A stretch of DNA of 64,000 nucleotides from an uncultured delta proteobacterium (GTDB lineage Bacteria; Myxococcota; Myxococcia; Myxococcales; Myxococcaceae). Positions 1-11,247 of this stretch are shown in pieces. Position 1 is the first letter of the stretch. The number at the start of each line of letters is the position of its first letter. Position numbers and translations under genes: made by a program. The notes under the pieces were generated by a model. It did not search any database and had not been told where the DNA came from. It saw only the letters and a program-made list of their open reading frames with translations. The stretch is from NCBI GenBank assembly GCA_963796055.1, contig CAWCKH010000004.1, positions 864,001-928,000 of the forward strand, given 5' to 3'.

Positions 1-117
1 CAGGCAGTCGCATTCACCGCGGCCGGAATCTGGGCCGTTTACGGCTGGCGTATCCGCTCCGCAAGGAGTGCTACGGTCTCATTGCTCAGGCCGACGGCTC
101 GGTGATGGTGTCGGTGA

Positions 118-2696
<2,579 letters not shown>

Positions 2697-2880
2697 GCCG
2701 AGCTTCGTCGATCGAGCACCCCGTCGTTCAGAAAGCGAAGCGGGCTGAAATTCGTGGTCCGGCTGGCAGCTTGCCCTGCCGGCGGCGCCGGAGATCGCTG
2801 CGCAATCGATGGGCGCTTGACGGCGCTGCAACTTCCTGACGTGTTTCGGTTCCACGGCGATCCGAGGGGGAGAGGGCCGA

Positions 2881-3465
2881 ATGGACCAGCTCTACACGAC
2901 CCACGACATCAGCAGGCTGCTGCAGGTCGACCCGTCCACCGTGAGCAAGTGGATCGACCGCGGCATCCTGCTCGCCTTCCGGACTCCCGGAGGGCATCGG
3001 CGCGTCCGCAGCGGGGATCTGCGGAGCTTCCTGATCGCCCACCAGATGCCGCTCCCGGACGAGCTCGGCAGCGACTCGGTGAAGCTCCTGGTGGTGGACG
3101 ACGAGAAGCCGGTGCTCGATGCGATGCGGCGGGCGTTCAAGTCGCACGGATCCGAGGTCGAGCTGACCACCACCTCCAGCGGAGTGGAGGCGCTGCTCCT
3201 GGTCTCGGAGCTGAAGCCGCACGGGATGCTCATCGACCTGAACATGCCGGACATGGACGGGTTCGAGGTCTGCCGGCGCATCCGGGCGCGGAAGCCGCTG
3301 GAGGGGGTGCGACTCATCACCATGACCGGACGGCACAACCCCGAGCTGGTGGAGCAGTCGCTCAAGGCCGGCGCGGTGGCCTGCCTACCGAAACCGGTCG
3401 AGGTGGAGACGCTGCTGGAGGTCTTCCGGGTGCCCCTGGGTCTGGGAAAGAAGGCGACGGGCTGA
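2881..3465 (+). CDS. Response regulator with N-terminal excisionase/MerR-like HTH and C-terminal receiver domain
   Basis: YTTHDISRLLQVDPSTVSKWIDRG...RTPGGHRR HTH; VVDDE, IDLNMPDMDG, MTG, LPKP receiver motifs. Confidence 0.9.
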   Translation: MDQLYTTHDISRLLQVDPSTVSKWIDRGILLAFRTPGGHRRVRSGDLRSFLIAHQMPLPDELGSDSVKLLVVDDEKPVLDAMRRAFKSHGSEVELTTTSSGVEALLLVSELKPHGMLIDLNMPDMDGFEVCRRIRARKPLEGVRLITMTGRHNPELVEQSLKAGAVACLPKPVEVETLLEVFRVPLGLGKKATG

Positions 3466-3631
3466 CGCCTGCGGAGCCCCGCAGGGGAGCCACGTCCAAG
3501 CTCAGAGCTGAATGTCGCCGCTGCCGGCCTCGATGCGGCAGCTGCGTGCCTTTCTCCACCAGCTTGGCCACGACCAGACGCGAGAGGTCCTCCCCGGCGA
3601 TGGAGAGGGTCAGGCCGTAGCTTGAGGGAGG

Positions 3632-4183
3632 TCAGTCGTCCTCGCGGGCGAGGTGTACGGTGGGGGGCCCGGAGGGGTCTCGCTCCACGTGGACGACCCA
3701 CGGGCGGCAGCAGACGGGGCAGTCCTCCACGTACTGCTCGGCGGACATCCCCGTCGGCTCGACCTGCACCAGGACCCGCTCGCCGCAGTACGGGCACGGG
3801 ACGCCCACGGCCACCCGGTCCGGTACTGCCGCGCGTCCCTCGAGCGGAAGCTCGACCTGCGCCGGCACCGGCTCCCGCAGGGCCAGCCGCTCCTGGAAGC
3901 CCAGCACCAGCGACTCCAGCGCCTCCACGTCGACCCCCGACACGCGCGAGGGGAGGCTCTCCAGCCGGCGACGGACCCGTCCGAGGATCGTCACCGCTCC
4001 ATCGAGGCGCCCCTCGCTCCACACCAGCAGGGCGGCGGAGAGCTGGGCCAGCGCCTGGAGGAGGTTCCGCGCCTCGCCCTCGCTCCGGCGCCAGGCGGTC
4101 TCGAAGGCCTCGTGCGAGGCACGCCAGCTCCCGGTGCCCAGCAGGCGCGCACCGGCCAGCAGCTCGGGGTCGACCCCGGCCAT
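3632..4183 (-). CDS. DUF309-like domain fused to a CPXCG cysteine-rich Zn-ribbon
   Basis: WRASHEAFETAW...LQALAQL (DUF309-like); CPYCGE...YVEDCPVCCRPW. Confidence 0.75.
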   Translation of the reverse strand: MAGVDPELLAGARLLGTGSWRASHEAFETAWRRSEGEARNLLQALAQLSAALLVWSEGRLDGAVTILGRVRRRLESLPSRVSGVDVEALESLVLGFQERLALREPVPAQVELPLEGRAAVPDRVAVGVPCPYCGERVLVQVEPTGMSAEQYVEDCPVCCRPWVVHVERDPSGPPTVHLAREDD

Positions 4184-4196
4184 GGCCCAGGGCCGC

Positions 4197-5519
4197 TCAG
4201 GCGCCCGGAGGCTCGGAGGAGAGGACCAGGTCGCCGCGGTGCATGAACTCGCCGTCGCTGAACGCGCCGTAGAACTCGTCCAGCATCGCGTCGAAGTCCG
4301 GGTAGCGCGACTCGCGCCGGTCGTGGGTCATCTTGTCGAAGATGGGGTCGAGCTTGCTGGGTACCTCGGCGTTCACCTCCGAGGGCAAGGGCGAGCGCCG
4401 GCCGGGGATGCCCCCGGTCAGCATCTCGTAGAGGAGGATGCCCAGGCCGTAGACGTCCGCCGCCGGACCGGGGTCCTTCCGGGTGATGAGCTCCGGGGCG
4501 AAGTAGCTGAGCGAGCCCGTCCCCACGAAGACCTGGGGCAACCCCTTGCCCGGCTCGACCTCGATGACCCGGCTGAGCCCGAAGTCGCCGAGCCTGGCGT
4601 TGCCGTAGCCGTCGTAGAGGACGTTCTCCGGCTTGAGGTTGTGGTGGGTCAGCCCGGAGGCGTGGGCGGCTCGCAGGGCGTAGGAGAGCTGTAGGAAGGT
4701 GCGGATCGACTCGCCGACCGGGAGGCTCTTGCCGCCCGCGCGCTCCAGGCGGTCACGCAGCGAGCTGGTCAGCAGCTCCATCACCACGTACGGCCGCGCA
4801 CCGTCCATGGACTGGTCCACGATGCTCACCACCGCCGGGTGCCGCACGTGGGCCTGGGCGCACAGCTCGCGCTTCAGCCGCTTCAGGACCTCGCCGCGCT
4901 GGAGGAAGGAGAAGTAGCCGAAGATGTCCTTCAGCTCCTTGATGCACACCTCCGTCCCCAGCGCCAGGTGCTTGCCCCGGTGGACCGCGCCGAGCGGACC
5001 GCCGCCGATCGCCTCCCCCTTGGAGTAGCGGCCGTCGAGGTCCGCGGCGGGCTCGGCAGGAGCGGCGGCGCGGCGGAGCGGACGGGGAGCAGCGGCGGGG
5101 GCCGGGGCGGGGGGAGGATTCAAGTCGGCGGTCTCCACGGAGAGGTCGTCGGTCACGTTGTCGGTATCGAACGGGAGAGGGCCGTCGCTGATCGGCTCGT
5201 CCACCGGTGCCAGCTGCTCGCTGAAGAACTCGCCCACCTCGCCGCTGAACCGGTCGAGGTCTGCGCCGTCCACCACCCGCTCACCGGAGTCGGTCAGCTT
5301 GAGCTGCGCCTCGCGGTCCATGGCGATGTAGTGGAACTTGCGGAGGAAGAAGAAGTAGGCGTCGAACTCGAGGCTCACCGCCGGCTCCAGGGCGGTCTTC
5401 ACCTCGGCCAGCTTGTTGGAGCGCCCCTGCTTGGAGTTGTCGCGCAGGTTCTTGAGGATGAAGAGAGCCTCGCCGCTCACCGTGTCGCGGTTAAGGATCG
5501 CTCGTGAGGCCGTGGTCAT
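4197..5519 (-). CDS. Hanks-type Ser/Thr kinase-like protein (probable pseudokinase) with an N-terminal helical domain
   Basis: IGGGPLGAV, VCIKE, HHNLKPEN, DFG, APE, DVYGLG. Confidence 0.9.
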   Translation of the reverse strand: MTTASRAILNRDTVSGEALFILKNLRDNSKQGRSNKLAEVKTALEPAVSLEFDAYFFFLRKFHYIAMDREAQLKLTDSGERVVDGADLDRFSGEVGEFFSEQLAPVDEPISDGPLPFDTDNVTDDLSVETADLNPPPAPAPAAAPRPLRRAAAPAEPAADLDGRYSKGEAIGGGPLGAVHRGKHLALGTEVCIKELKDIFGYFSFLQRGEVLKRLKRELCAQAHVRHPAVVSIVDQSMDGARPYVVMELLTSSLRDRLERAGGKSLPVGESIRTFLQLSYALRAAHASGLTHHNLKPENVLYDGYGNARLGDFGLSRVIEVEPGKGLPQVFVGTGSLSYFAPELITRKDPGPAADVYGLGILLYEMLTGGIPGRRSPLPSEVNAEVPSKLDPIFDKMTHDRRESRYPDFDAMLDEFYGAFSDGEFMHRGDLVLSSEPPGA

Positions 5520-5550
5520 TCGTTACCCGGGTTGAAACGAAGGTGAGACT

Positions 5551-6288
5551 CTAGCTGATCCGCAGAAGGCGCTTCACGGTCTCCAGGACCTCGGCGAACT
5601 TCACCGGTTTGCGGAGGTACACCTCCACACCTTCTGCTCTCGCCCGCTGCTCCGCCTCACGCCCACCTCCGCTGATCGCCACCACAGGGATGTGGCGGAG
5701 CTTCGGCTCGGACCTGATCTTCTGGACGAGGGCGAAGCCGTCCATCACCGGCATGTACAGATCGGTCATCACCAGATGGAAGTCGCCTTCGGCGAGCGCC
5801 TGCAGGGCTGCATGCCCGTCCGCCGCGAAGTGGACCTCCATCGGCACCTTCCCCCGGAGCTCGGCGGTGGCGAGCTTCTTCAGGACGTAGCTGTACATCT
5901 CGACCACCAGCGGGTTGTCCTCCACCAGCAGCACCCTGAACCCGCCCTCCGGTGCCTCGGGCGCGCGGCTCGCCCGCCCACCCAGCACCGCGTCGAGCCG
6001 GCGGCGATCGGCCTCGTCGGGGACGCGGATGCCCACGCCCCCGGAGCTGTCCTCGCGTGCCGGCCGCACCCAGACCACCTCCCCCTGGAGCGCCACCGGC
6101 TCCAGCAGGCCGGGGAAGCCCACGGAGAGGCGAACGGGCTGGCCGATGGCAAACCGCTCCGAGGTCTGCACGAAGAGCCCGCCCCGGGAGAGATTCTCGG
6201 TGGCATCGAGGCAATCGGTGCGATCGCGGAAATTCACCCGGAGCACGAAGGGTGCGCGCGGATCGGCTCGCTTGTCTTCAGTGGCCAT
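5551..6288 (-). CDS. PilZ (TIGR02266-like) plus receiver domain protein, possibly a PixA-like regulator
   Basis: RADPR (RxxxR) and NLSRGG c-di-GMP motifs; VEDN, TDLYMPVMDG, RKP receiver motifs; ATG at 6288. Confidence 0.88.
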   Translation of the reverse strand: MATEDKRADPRAPFVLRVNFRDRTDCLDATENLSRGGLFVQTSERFAIGQPVRLSVGFPGLLEPVALQGEVVWVRPAREDSSGGVGIRVPDEADRRRLDAVLGGRASRAPEAPEGGFRVLLVEDNPLVVEMYSYVLKKLATAELRGKVPMEVHFAADGHAALQALAEGDFHLVMTDLYMPVMDGFALVQKIRSEPKLRHIPVVAISGGGREAEQRARAEGVEVYLRKPVKFAEVLETVKRLLRIS

Positions 6289-6303
6289 CAAGAATCCCCA
6301 TCG

Positions 6304-6333
6304 TTGACAAGCGGTTGGGTCGTCCCTTACGAA
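6304..6333 (+). promoter_or_regulatory. Putative sigma70-type promoter for nuoE
   Basis: Exact TTGACA at 6304-6309 in a 56-bp divergent gap; -10 element weak (TACGAA). Confidence 0.35.
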
Positions 6334-6344
6334 GCGCGGGCCCC

Positions 6345-6845
6345 ATGGCCTCGCCCCTTCTGACGGCCGAAGAGCAGCGGGTCTTCGACGACCGGCTCGC
6401 CGAAATTCTCTCGCACTACCCGGCGGACCGGAAGAGCGCGGCGATGCTTCCTGCGCTGCACCTGTTGCAGGGGATGAAGGGATGGCTCCCACCTGACGGG
6501 CTGGAGATGGTGGCCCGGAAGCTCGAGGTCTCCCCGGAGCGGGCCTACGAGGTCGCCACCTTCTACGTGATGTTCCACACCCGGAAGCCGGGCAAGTACA
6601 TCGTGGACGTCTGTACCAACCTGTCGTGCAGCCTGTGGGGAGCGGAGGACCTGCTCGCCCATCTGGAGGCGAAGCTCGGGGTGAAGGCGGGCGAGAGCAA
6701 CGCCACCTGGACCCTGCGCGAGGCCGAGTGCCTCGCCTCCTGCGGCACCGCCCCCTGCCTGCAGATCAACGAGGTCCACCACGAGAACCTCCGTTCGCGG
6801 GCTGCGGTGGACGCGGTCTTCGCCCAGCTCAAGCCCGCCTCGTAA
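6345..6845 (+). CDS. nuoE: NADH-quinone oxidoreductase subunit E
   Basis: EVATFYVMF, CTNLSC, ECLASCGTAP 2Fe-2S ligands. Confidence 0.96.
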   Translation: MASPLLTAEEQRVFDDRLAEILSHYPADRKSAAMLPALHLLQGMKGWLPPDGLEMVARKLEVSPERAYEVATFYVMFHTRKPGKYIVDVCTNLSCSLWGAEDLLAHLEAKLGVKAGESNATWTLREAECLASCGTAPCLQINEVHHENLRSRAAVDAVFAQLKPAS

Positions 6846-6866
6846 AGGTCCGCAGGAGTCCCCCCG

Positions 6867-8201
6867 ATGCCCCTGGCCGCCGAGAAGATCATCACCCGAA
6901 ACTGGGGGCGTCCGAACTCCTGGACCCTGGACGCCTACCGGAACACGGGCGGCTACACGACCCTGGAGAAGGTGCTGGGCATGCAGCCTGCCCAGATCAT
7001 CGACGAGGTGAAGCGCAGCAACCTCCGGGGCCGCGGCGGCGCCGGCTTCCCCACCGGGATGAAGTGGAGCTTCGTCCCCAAGGACAGCCCCAAGCCCAGG
7101 TACCTGGCGGTGAACGCCGACGAGTCGGAGCCGGGGACGTTCAAGGACCGCTACATCCTCGAGTACGACCCGCACATGCTCCTGGAGGGCGTCGCCATCA
7201 CCTGCTTCGGTCTGGGCGCGCACACCGCCTACATCTACGTGCGGGGTGAGTTCCGTTTCCAGGCCGAGCGGCTGCAGAAGGCGATCGAGGAGGCGTACCG
7301 CGCCGGCATCTTCGGCAAGACGGTGCTCGGCCGTGACTTCCTGCTCGATTGCTACGTGGTGCGGGGGGCGGGCGCGTACATCTGCGGCGAGGAGACGGGG
7401 ATGCTCGAGTCCCTGGAGGGGAAGAAGGGCTGGCCGCGTCTGAAACCCCCCTTCCCCGCAGTGGTGGGCCTCTTCGGCTGCCCCACGGTGGTGAACAACG
7501 TGGAGACCCTGGCCTCGGTGCCGGCCATCTTCCAGCGCGGCGCCGACTGGTTCGCCAAGCTGGGCCCGGACAAGTCGGGTGGCTCGCGCATGATCTGCCT
7601 GTCCGGCTCGGTGAACCGCCCGGGGGTGTTCGAGATCCTGATGTCCACCACGGTCCGCGAGCTCATCGAGAGCCCGGACTTCGGCCAGGGCATGCCCGCT
7701 GGCCGCAAGGTGAAGGCGGTCATCCCCGGGGGCTCGTCGGCCCCGGTGCTCAGCGCGGAAGAGCTGGACGTGGCGCTGGAGTTCGAGGCGCTCAAGGGGC
7801 TGCAGAACATGGCCGGCTCGGGTGGGGTCATCGTCATGGACGACGCGACCTGCCTGGTGCGGAGCCTGTGGCGGGTGACGCGCTTCTACGCCGAGGAATC
7901 CTGTGGCCAGTGCACCCCCTGCCGCGAGGGCACGCCGTGGATGACCCGGGTGCTGCGGAAGATCGAGGAGGGCCGGGGCGAGCCGGGGGACATCGAGACC
8001 CTGCTCAACGTGGCGCAGAGCATCGCCCCCTACCCTCCGATGGGACTGGGACAGACCATCTGCGCACTGGGCGACGCGGCGGCGCTCCCGGTGCACAGCT
8101 TCGTGGTGAAGTTCCGGCAAGAGTTCGAGGATCACATCCGGCTCGGGAAGTGCCCGTTCGGCGACAAGCCCTGGGGCCACTACGGAGCGATGACCGCGTG
8201 A
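6867..8201 (+). CDS. nuoF: NADH-quinone oxidoreductase subunit F
   Basis: LRGRGGAGFPTG, NADESEPGTFKDR, GAGAYICGEET, ESCGQCTPCREG. Confidence 0.98.
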   Translation: MPLAAEKIITRNWGRPNSWTLDAYRNTGGYTTLEKVLGMQPAQIIDEVKRSNLRGRGGAGFPTGMKWSFVPKDSPKPRYLAVNADESEPGTFKDRYILEYDPHMLLEGVAITCFGLGAHTAYIYVRGEFRFQAERLQKAIEEAYRAGIFGKTVLGRDFLLDCYVVRGAGAYICGEETGMLESLEGKKGWPRLKPPFPAVVGLFGCPTVVNNVETLASVPAIFQRGADWFAKLGPDKSGGSRMICLSGSVNRPGVFEILMSTTVRELIESPDFGQGMPAGRKVKAVIPGGSSAPVLSAEELDVALEFEALKGLQNMAGSGGVIVMDDATCLVRSLWRVTRFYAEESCGQCTPCREGTPWMTRVLRKIEEGRGEPGDIETLLNVAQSIAPYPPMGLGQTICALGDAAALPVHSFVVKFRQEFEDHIRLGKCPFGDKPWGHYGAMTA

Positions 8202-8686
8202 CCACCTTCGTCTTCTATTTCTTCGCCATCCTCACCGTGGTCGCCGCCGCGGGGGTCATCGCCGCGCGGAGCCCCATGTACTCGGCGATGTCCCTGGTGG
8301 GGACGTTCTTCTGCCTGGCCGCCATCTACGTCCTGCTGCTGGCGCACACCATCGCCGTGCTTCAAGTCCTGGTCTACGCCGGGGCGATCATGGTGCTGTT
8401 CCTCTTCGTGATCATGCTCCTGTCCCTCGGGGAGGCGGTGGGACCGGCGAAGGTCACCTTCCCGCGGGTGGTGGGTGGCATCGCCTCGGCGGCCCTCTTC
8501 GCGCTCCTGGTGGTCGCGGCCCGGCCCTTCGTCCCGGTGGGCGCGCAGCCGCCGCCCAGCTTCGGCACGCTCCAGTCGATCGGAGCGCAGCTCTACACGC
8601 AGTGGCTCGCGCCCTTCGAGGCGGTGTCACTGCTCCTCCTGGTGGCCATGGTCGGTGCGGTCGTGGTCGCCAAGTCCCGCGTCTGA
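8198..8686 (+). CDS. nuoJ: NADH-quinone oxidoreductase subunit J
   Basis: QVLVYAGAIMVLFLFVIMLL, PFEAVSLLLLVAMVGAV; GTGA overlap with nuoF. Confidence 0.95.
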   Translation: MTTFVFYFFAILTVVAAAGVIAARSPMYSAMSLVGTFFCLAAIYVLLLAHTIAVLQVLVYAGAIMVLFLFVIMLLSLGEAVGPAKVTFPRVVGGIASAALFALLVVAARPFVPVGAQPPPSFGTLQSIGAQLYTQWLAPFEAVSLLLLVAMVGAVVVAKSRV

Positions 8687-8699
8687 AACGGGGGCATCG

Positions 8700-9008
8700 G
8701 TGGACGGCATCACCTTGCAGCACTATCTGTTCCTCGGCGCGCTGCTGTTCAGCCTCGGCGTGTTCGGCGTGCTGGTGCGCCGCAACGCGCTGGTGGTCTT
8801 CATGTGCGTCGAGCTGATGCTCAACGCCTCCAACCTGACCTTCCTCGCCTTCGCCCGCGATGCGGGGGTGGACGTGGGCCACCTCCCGGCGCTCTTCGTC
8901 ATCGCCGTCGCGGCGGCAGAGGCGTCCATCGGCCTGGCGATCATCATCGCCGTGTTCCGCAGCCGCGGGACGGTGAACGTGGACGACATCCGGACGATGA
9001 GGCTCTGA
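8700..9008 (+). CDS. nuoK: NADH-quinone oxidoreductase subunit K
   Basis: RRNALVVFMCVELMLNA, VAAAEASIGLAI; GTG start. Confidence 0.95.
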   Translation: MDGITLQHYLFLGALLFSLGVFGVLVRRNALVVFMCVELMLNASNLTFLAFARDAGVDVGHLPALFVIAVAAAEASIGLAIIIAVFRSRGTVNVDDIRTMRL

Positions 9009-9015
9009 CCGACCG

Positions 9016-11247
9016 ATGCTCGCGCTCATGTTCGACTTCCTCAACGCGCCCTACCCCTGGAGTCCTCAGGCGATCGCCGATCTGCTCTGGGTGATCGTCG
9101 CCCTTCCGCTGGCCGGCGCCTTCCTCTGCGGCGTGCTCGGCAAGTTCATGGGCCGGGCGAACGTGAACTTCCTCGCCTGCGCCACGGTGGGCGGCTCGTT
9201 CCTGCTCTCGGCGATCGCCATGTTCTCGGTGGGAACCCGCTCCACCGCGTTCACCTCCCCGGCCAGCGGCAACCCGGTCCAGTGGGCCCTCTGGCTGGAC
9301 ATCGGCCGCTGGTTCGCCGCGGGCGACTTCAGCGCGCACTATGGCTTCATGGTGGACCGGCTGACCGCGGCGCTGCTCCTGGTCATCACCGGCATCGGCT
9401 TCCTCATCCACCTGTACTCCACCGAGTACATGGAGCACGACGAGGGGTACTGGCGGTACTTCGCGTACCTCAACCTCTTCGTGGCCATGATGCTGACCCT
9501 GGTCATGGCCGACAACCTGGTCCTCCTCTTCGTTGGCTGGGAGGGGGTGGGGCTCTGCAGCTACCTCCTGATCGGCTTCTGGTACCAGGACACCGAGAAG
9601 GCCTTCGCCGGCCGCAAGGCCTTCATCACCAACCGCATCGGCGACTTCGCCTTCATCATCGGGATGATCCTCCTGATCCTGATGCTCCAGGCCACCGAGG
9701 CGATGGGAAGGGCCGGGCCAGGGCGGGGCAACTTCACCGACATCGGGCCGGCCCGAGCCTGGATCAGCGCGATGCACGAGCAGGGACCGCTGAACGTGGA
9801 GGTACTCCGCGGCTGGGCAGCCCGCATCCCTCCCGATCAGGGCGAGAAGACCCGGGGGTTGATGACCCTGGCCACCCCGATCACCGAGGGTTCGCTGAAG
9901 GGGAAGACCTACGGCCAGGTGCTGACCGCGGCGCTGCTGCTGCTGCTGATCGGGGCGACGGGGAAGAGCGCGCAGATTCCCCTCTACGTCTGGCTGGCGG
10001 ACGCGATGGCCGGTCCGACACCGGTCTCGGCGCTCATCCACGCCGCGACCATGGTGACCGCCGGGGTGTACCTGTTCTGCCGGCTGAGCTTCCTGCTGGT
10101 CCTCTCGCCCACCGCGATGTTCTGGGTGGCGATGGTGGGAGCGCTGACCGCGGTCTGGGCCGCGCTGATCGCCTTCGCCCAGAACGACATCAAGAAGGTG
10201 CTGGCCTACTCCACCGTCTCCCAGCTCGGCTTCATGTTCATGGGGGCGGGTCTGGGGGTGTGGTGGGCCGCGGCGCTTCACCTCGTGACCCACGCCTGCT
10301 TCAAGGCCTGCCTGTTCCTCGGTGCCGGCTCGGTGATGCACGGCAACGCCGACGAGACCGACATCCGGCGGCTGGGCGGGCTCCGCAAGGAGATGCCCTG
10401 GACTTGGGCCACCTTCCTCATCGCCACCCTGGCCATCACCGGCATCGTTCCCCTGAGCGGCTTCTTCTCCAAGGACGCCATCCTGCACGGGGCGCACACC
10501 GCGGAGGTCGCCGGGTACCCGTACCTGGGCCACCTGGTCTACGGGCTCGGGCTGTTCGGGGCCCTGTGCACCGCGTTCTACATGACCCGGCTCTACGTCC
10601 TGACCTTCGAGGGCAAGCGGGCCGCGGACGCCAGGGTGCCCCACGCGCACGAGAGCGGCTTCCGGATGGTGTCGGTGCTGGTGGTGCTCGCCGCCCTCTC
10701 GGTGATCGGGATCGTCTGGGGCTGGCCGGAGCTCATCCCCGGTCCGCGCGGAGAGAAGGTGGCACTGATGGAGGGCTACCTCTACCCCGCCTTCCAGCTG
10801 GCAGAGGGGCTCGCCAGTCGCTTCCACCTGGTGGTGCACGAGCACGCCTCACCCTGGCCCGGGTTCGCGATCGCCTGGGTCATCGCGCTGGCCGGAGGCG
10901 GGGCGGGGTGGTTCGTCTACCGGCGCTGGCTGCCCGAGCGTGCCGGGCGCCCGCTGCCTGCGGCCATTGCCGTCTTCTGGCGCTGGGCCAGCCACAAGTT
11001 CTACGTGGACGAGCTGTACAACTTCCTGGTCATCCGGCCCTTCACCGCACTCTCCAACGTCCTCTACAAGGTGGTGGACGCCGGGCTCATCGACGCCGTG
11101 GCGGTGGGTGGGACCGCGGGGGCGCTGCGCAAGGCCGGGAGCTGGCTCCGCTACACCCAGACCGGTAACGCGCAGAACTACGCCACGGTGATGGTGGTGG
11201 GCATGCTGATCTCCATCGGGGTGGTGCTGACCTGGGTGCTGCGATGA
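9016..11247 (+). CDS. nuoL: NADH-quinone oxidoreductase subunit L
   Basis: GWEGVGLCSYLLIGFW, KSAQIPLYVWLADAMAGPTPVSALIHAATMV. Confidence 0.97.
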   Translation: MLALMFDFLNAPYPWSPQAIADLLWVIVALPLAGAFLCGVLGKFMGRANVNFLACATVGGSFLLSAIAMFSVGTRSTAFTSPASGNPVQWALWLDIGRWFAAGDFSAHYGFMVDRLTAALLLVITGIGFLIHLYSTEYMEHDEGYWRYFAYLNLFVAMMLTLVMADNLVLLFVGWEGVGLCSYLLIGFWYQDTEKAFAGRKAFITNRIGDFAFIIGMILLILMLQATEAMGRAGPGRGNFTDIGPARAWISAMHEQGPLNVEVLRGWAARIPPDQGEKTRGLMTLATPITEGSLKGKTYGQVLTAALLLLLIGATGKSAQIPLYVWLADAMAGPTPVSALIHAATMVTAGVYLFCRLSFLLVLSPTAMFWVAMVGALTAVWAALIAFAQNDIKKVLAYSTVSQLGFMFMGAGLGVWWAAALHLVTHACFKACLFLGAGSVMHGNADETDIRRLGGLRKEMPWTWATFLIATLAITGIVPLSGFFSKDAILHGAHTAEVAGYPYLGHLVYGLGLFGALCTAFYMTRLYVLTFEGKRAADARVPHAHESGFRMVSVLVVLAALSVIGIVWGWPELIPGPRGEKVALMEGYLYPAFQLAEGLASRFHLVVHEHASPWPGFAIAWVIALAGGGAGWFVYRRWLPERAGRPLPAAIAVFWRWASHKFYVDELYNFLVIRPFTALSNVLYKVVDAGLIDAVAVGGTAGALRKAGSWLRYTQTGNAQNYATVMVVGMLISIGVVLTWVLR

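Noticed and set aside
2764..2780. Sigma54 promoter upstream of the HTH-REC gene
   Set aside because: Spacing is off by one (GG-N11-GC)
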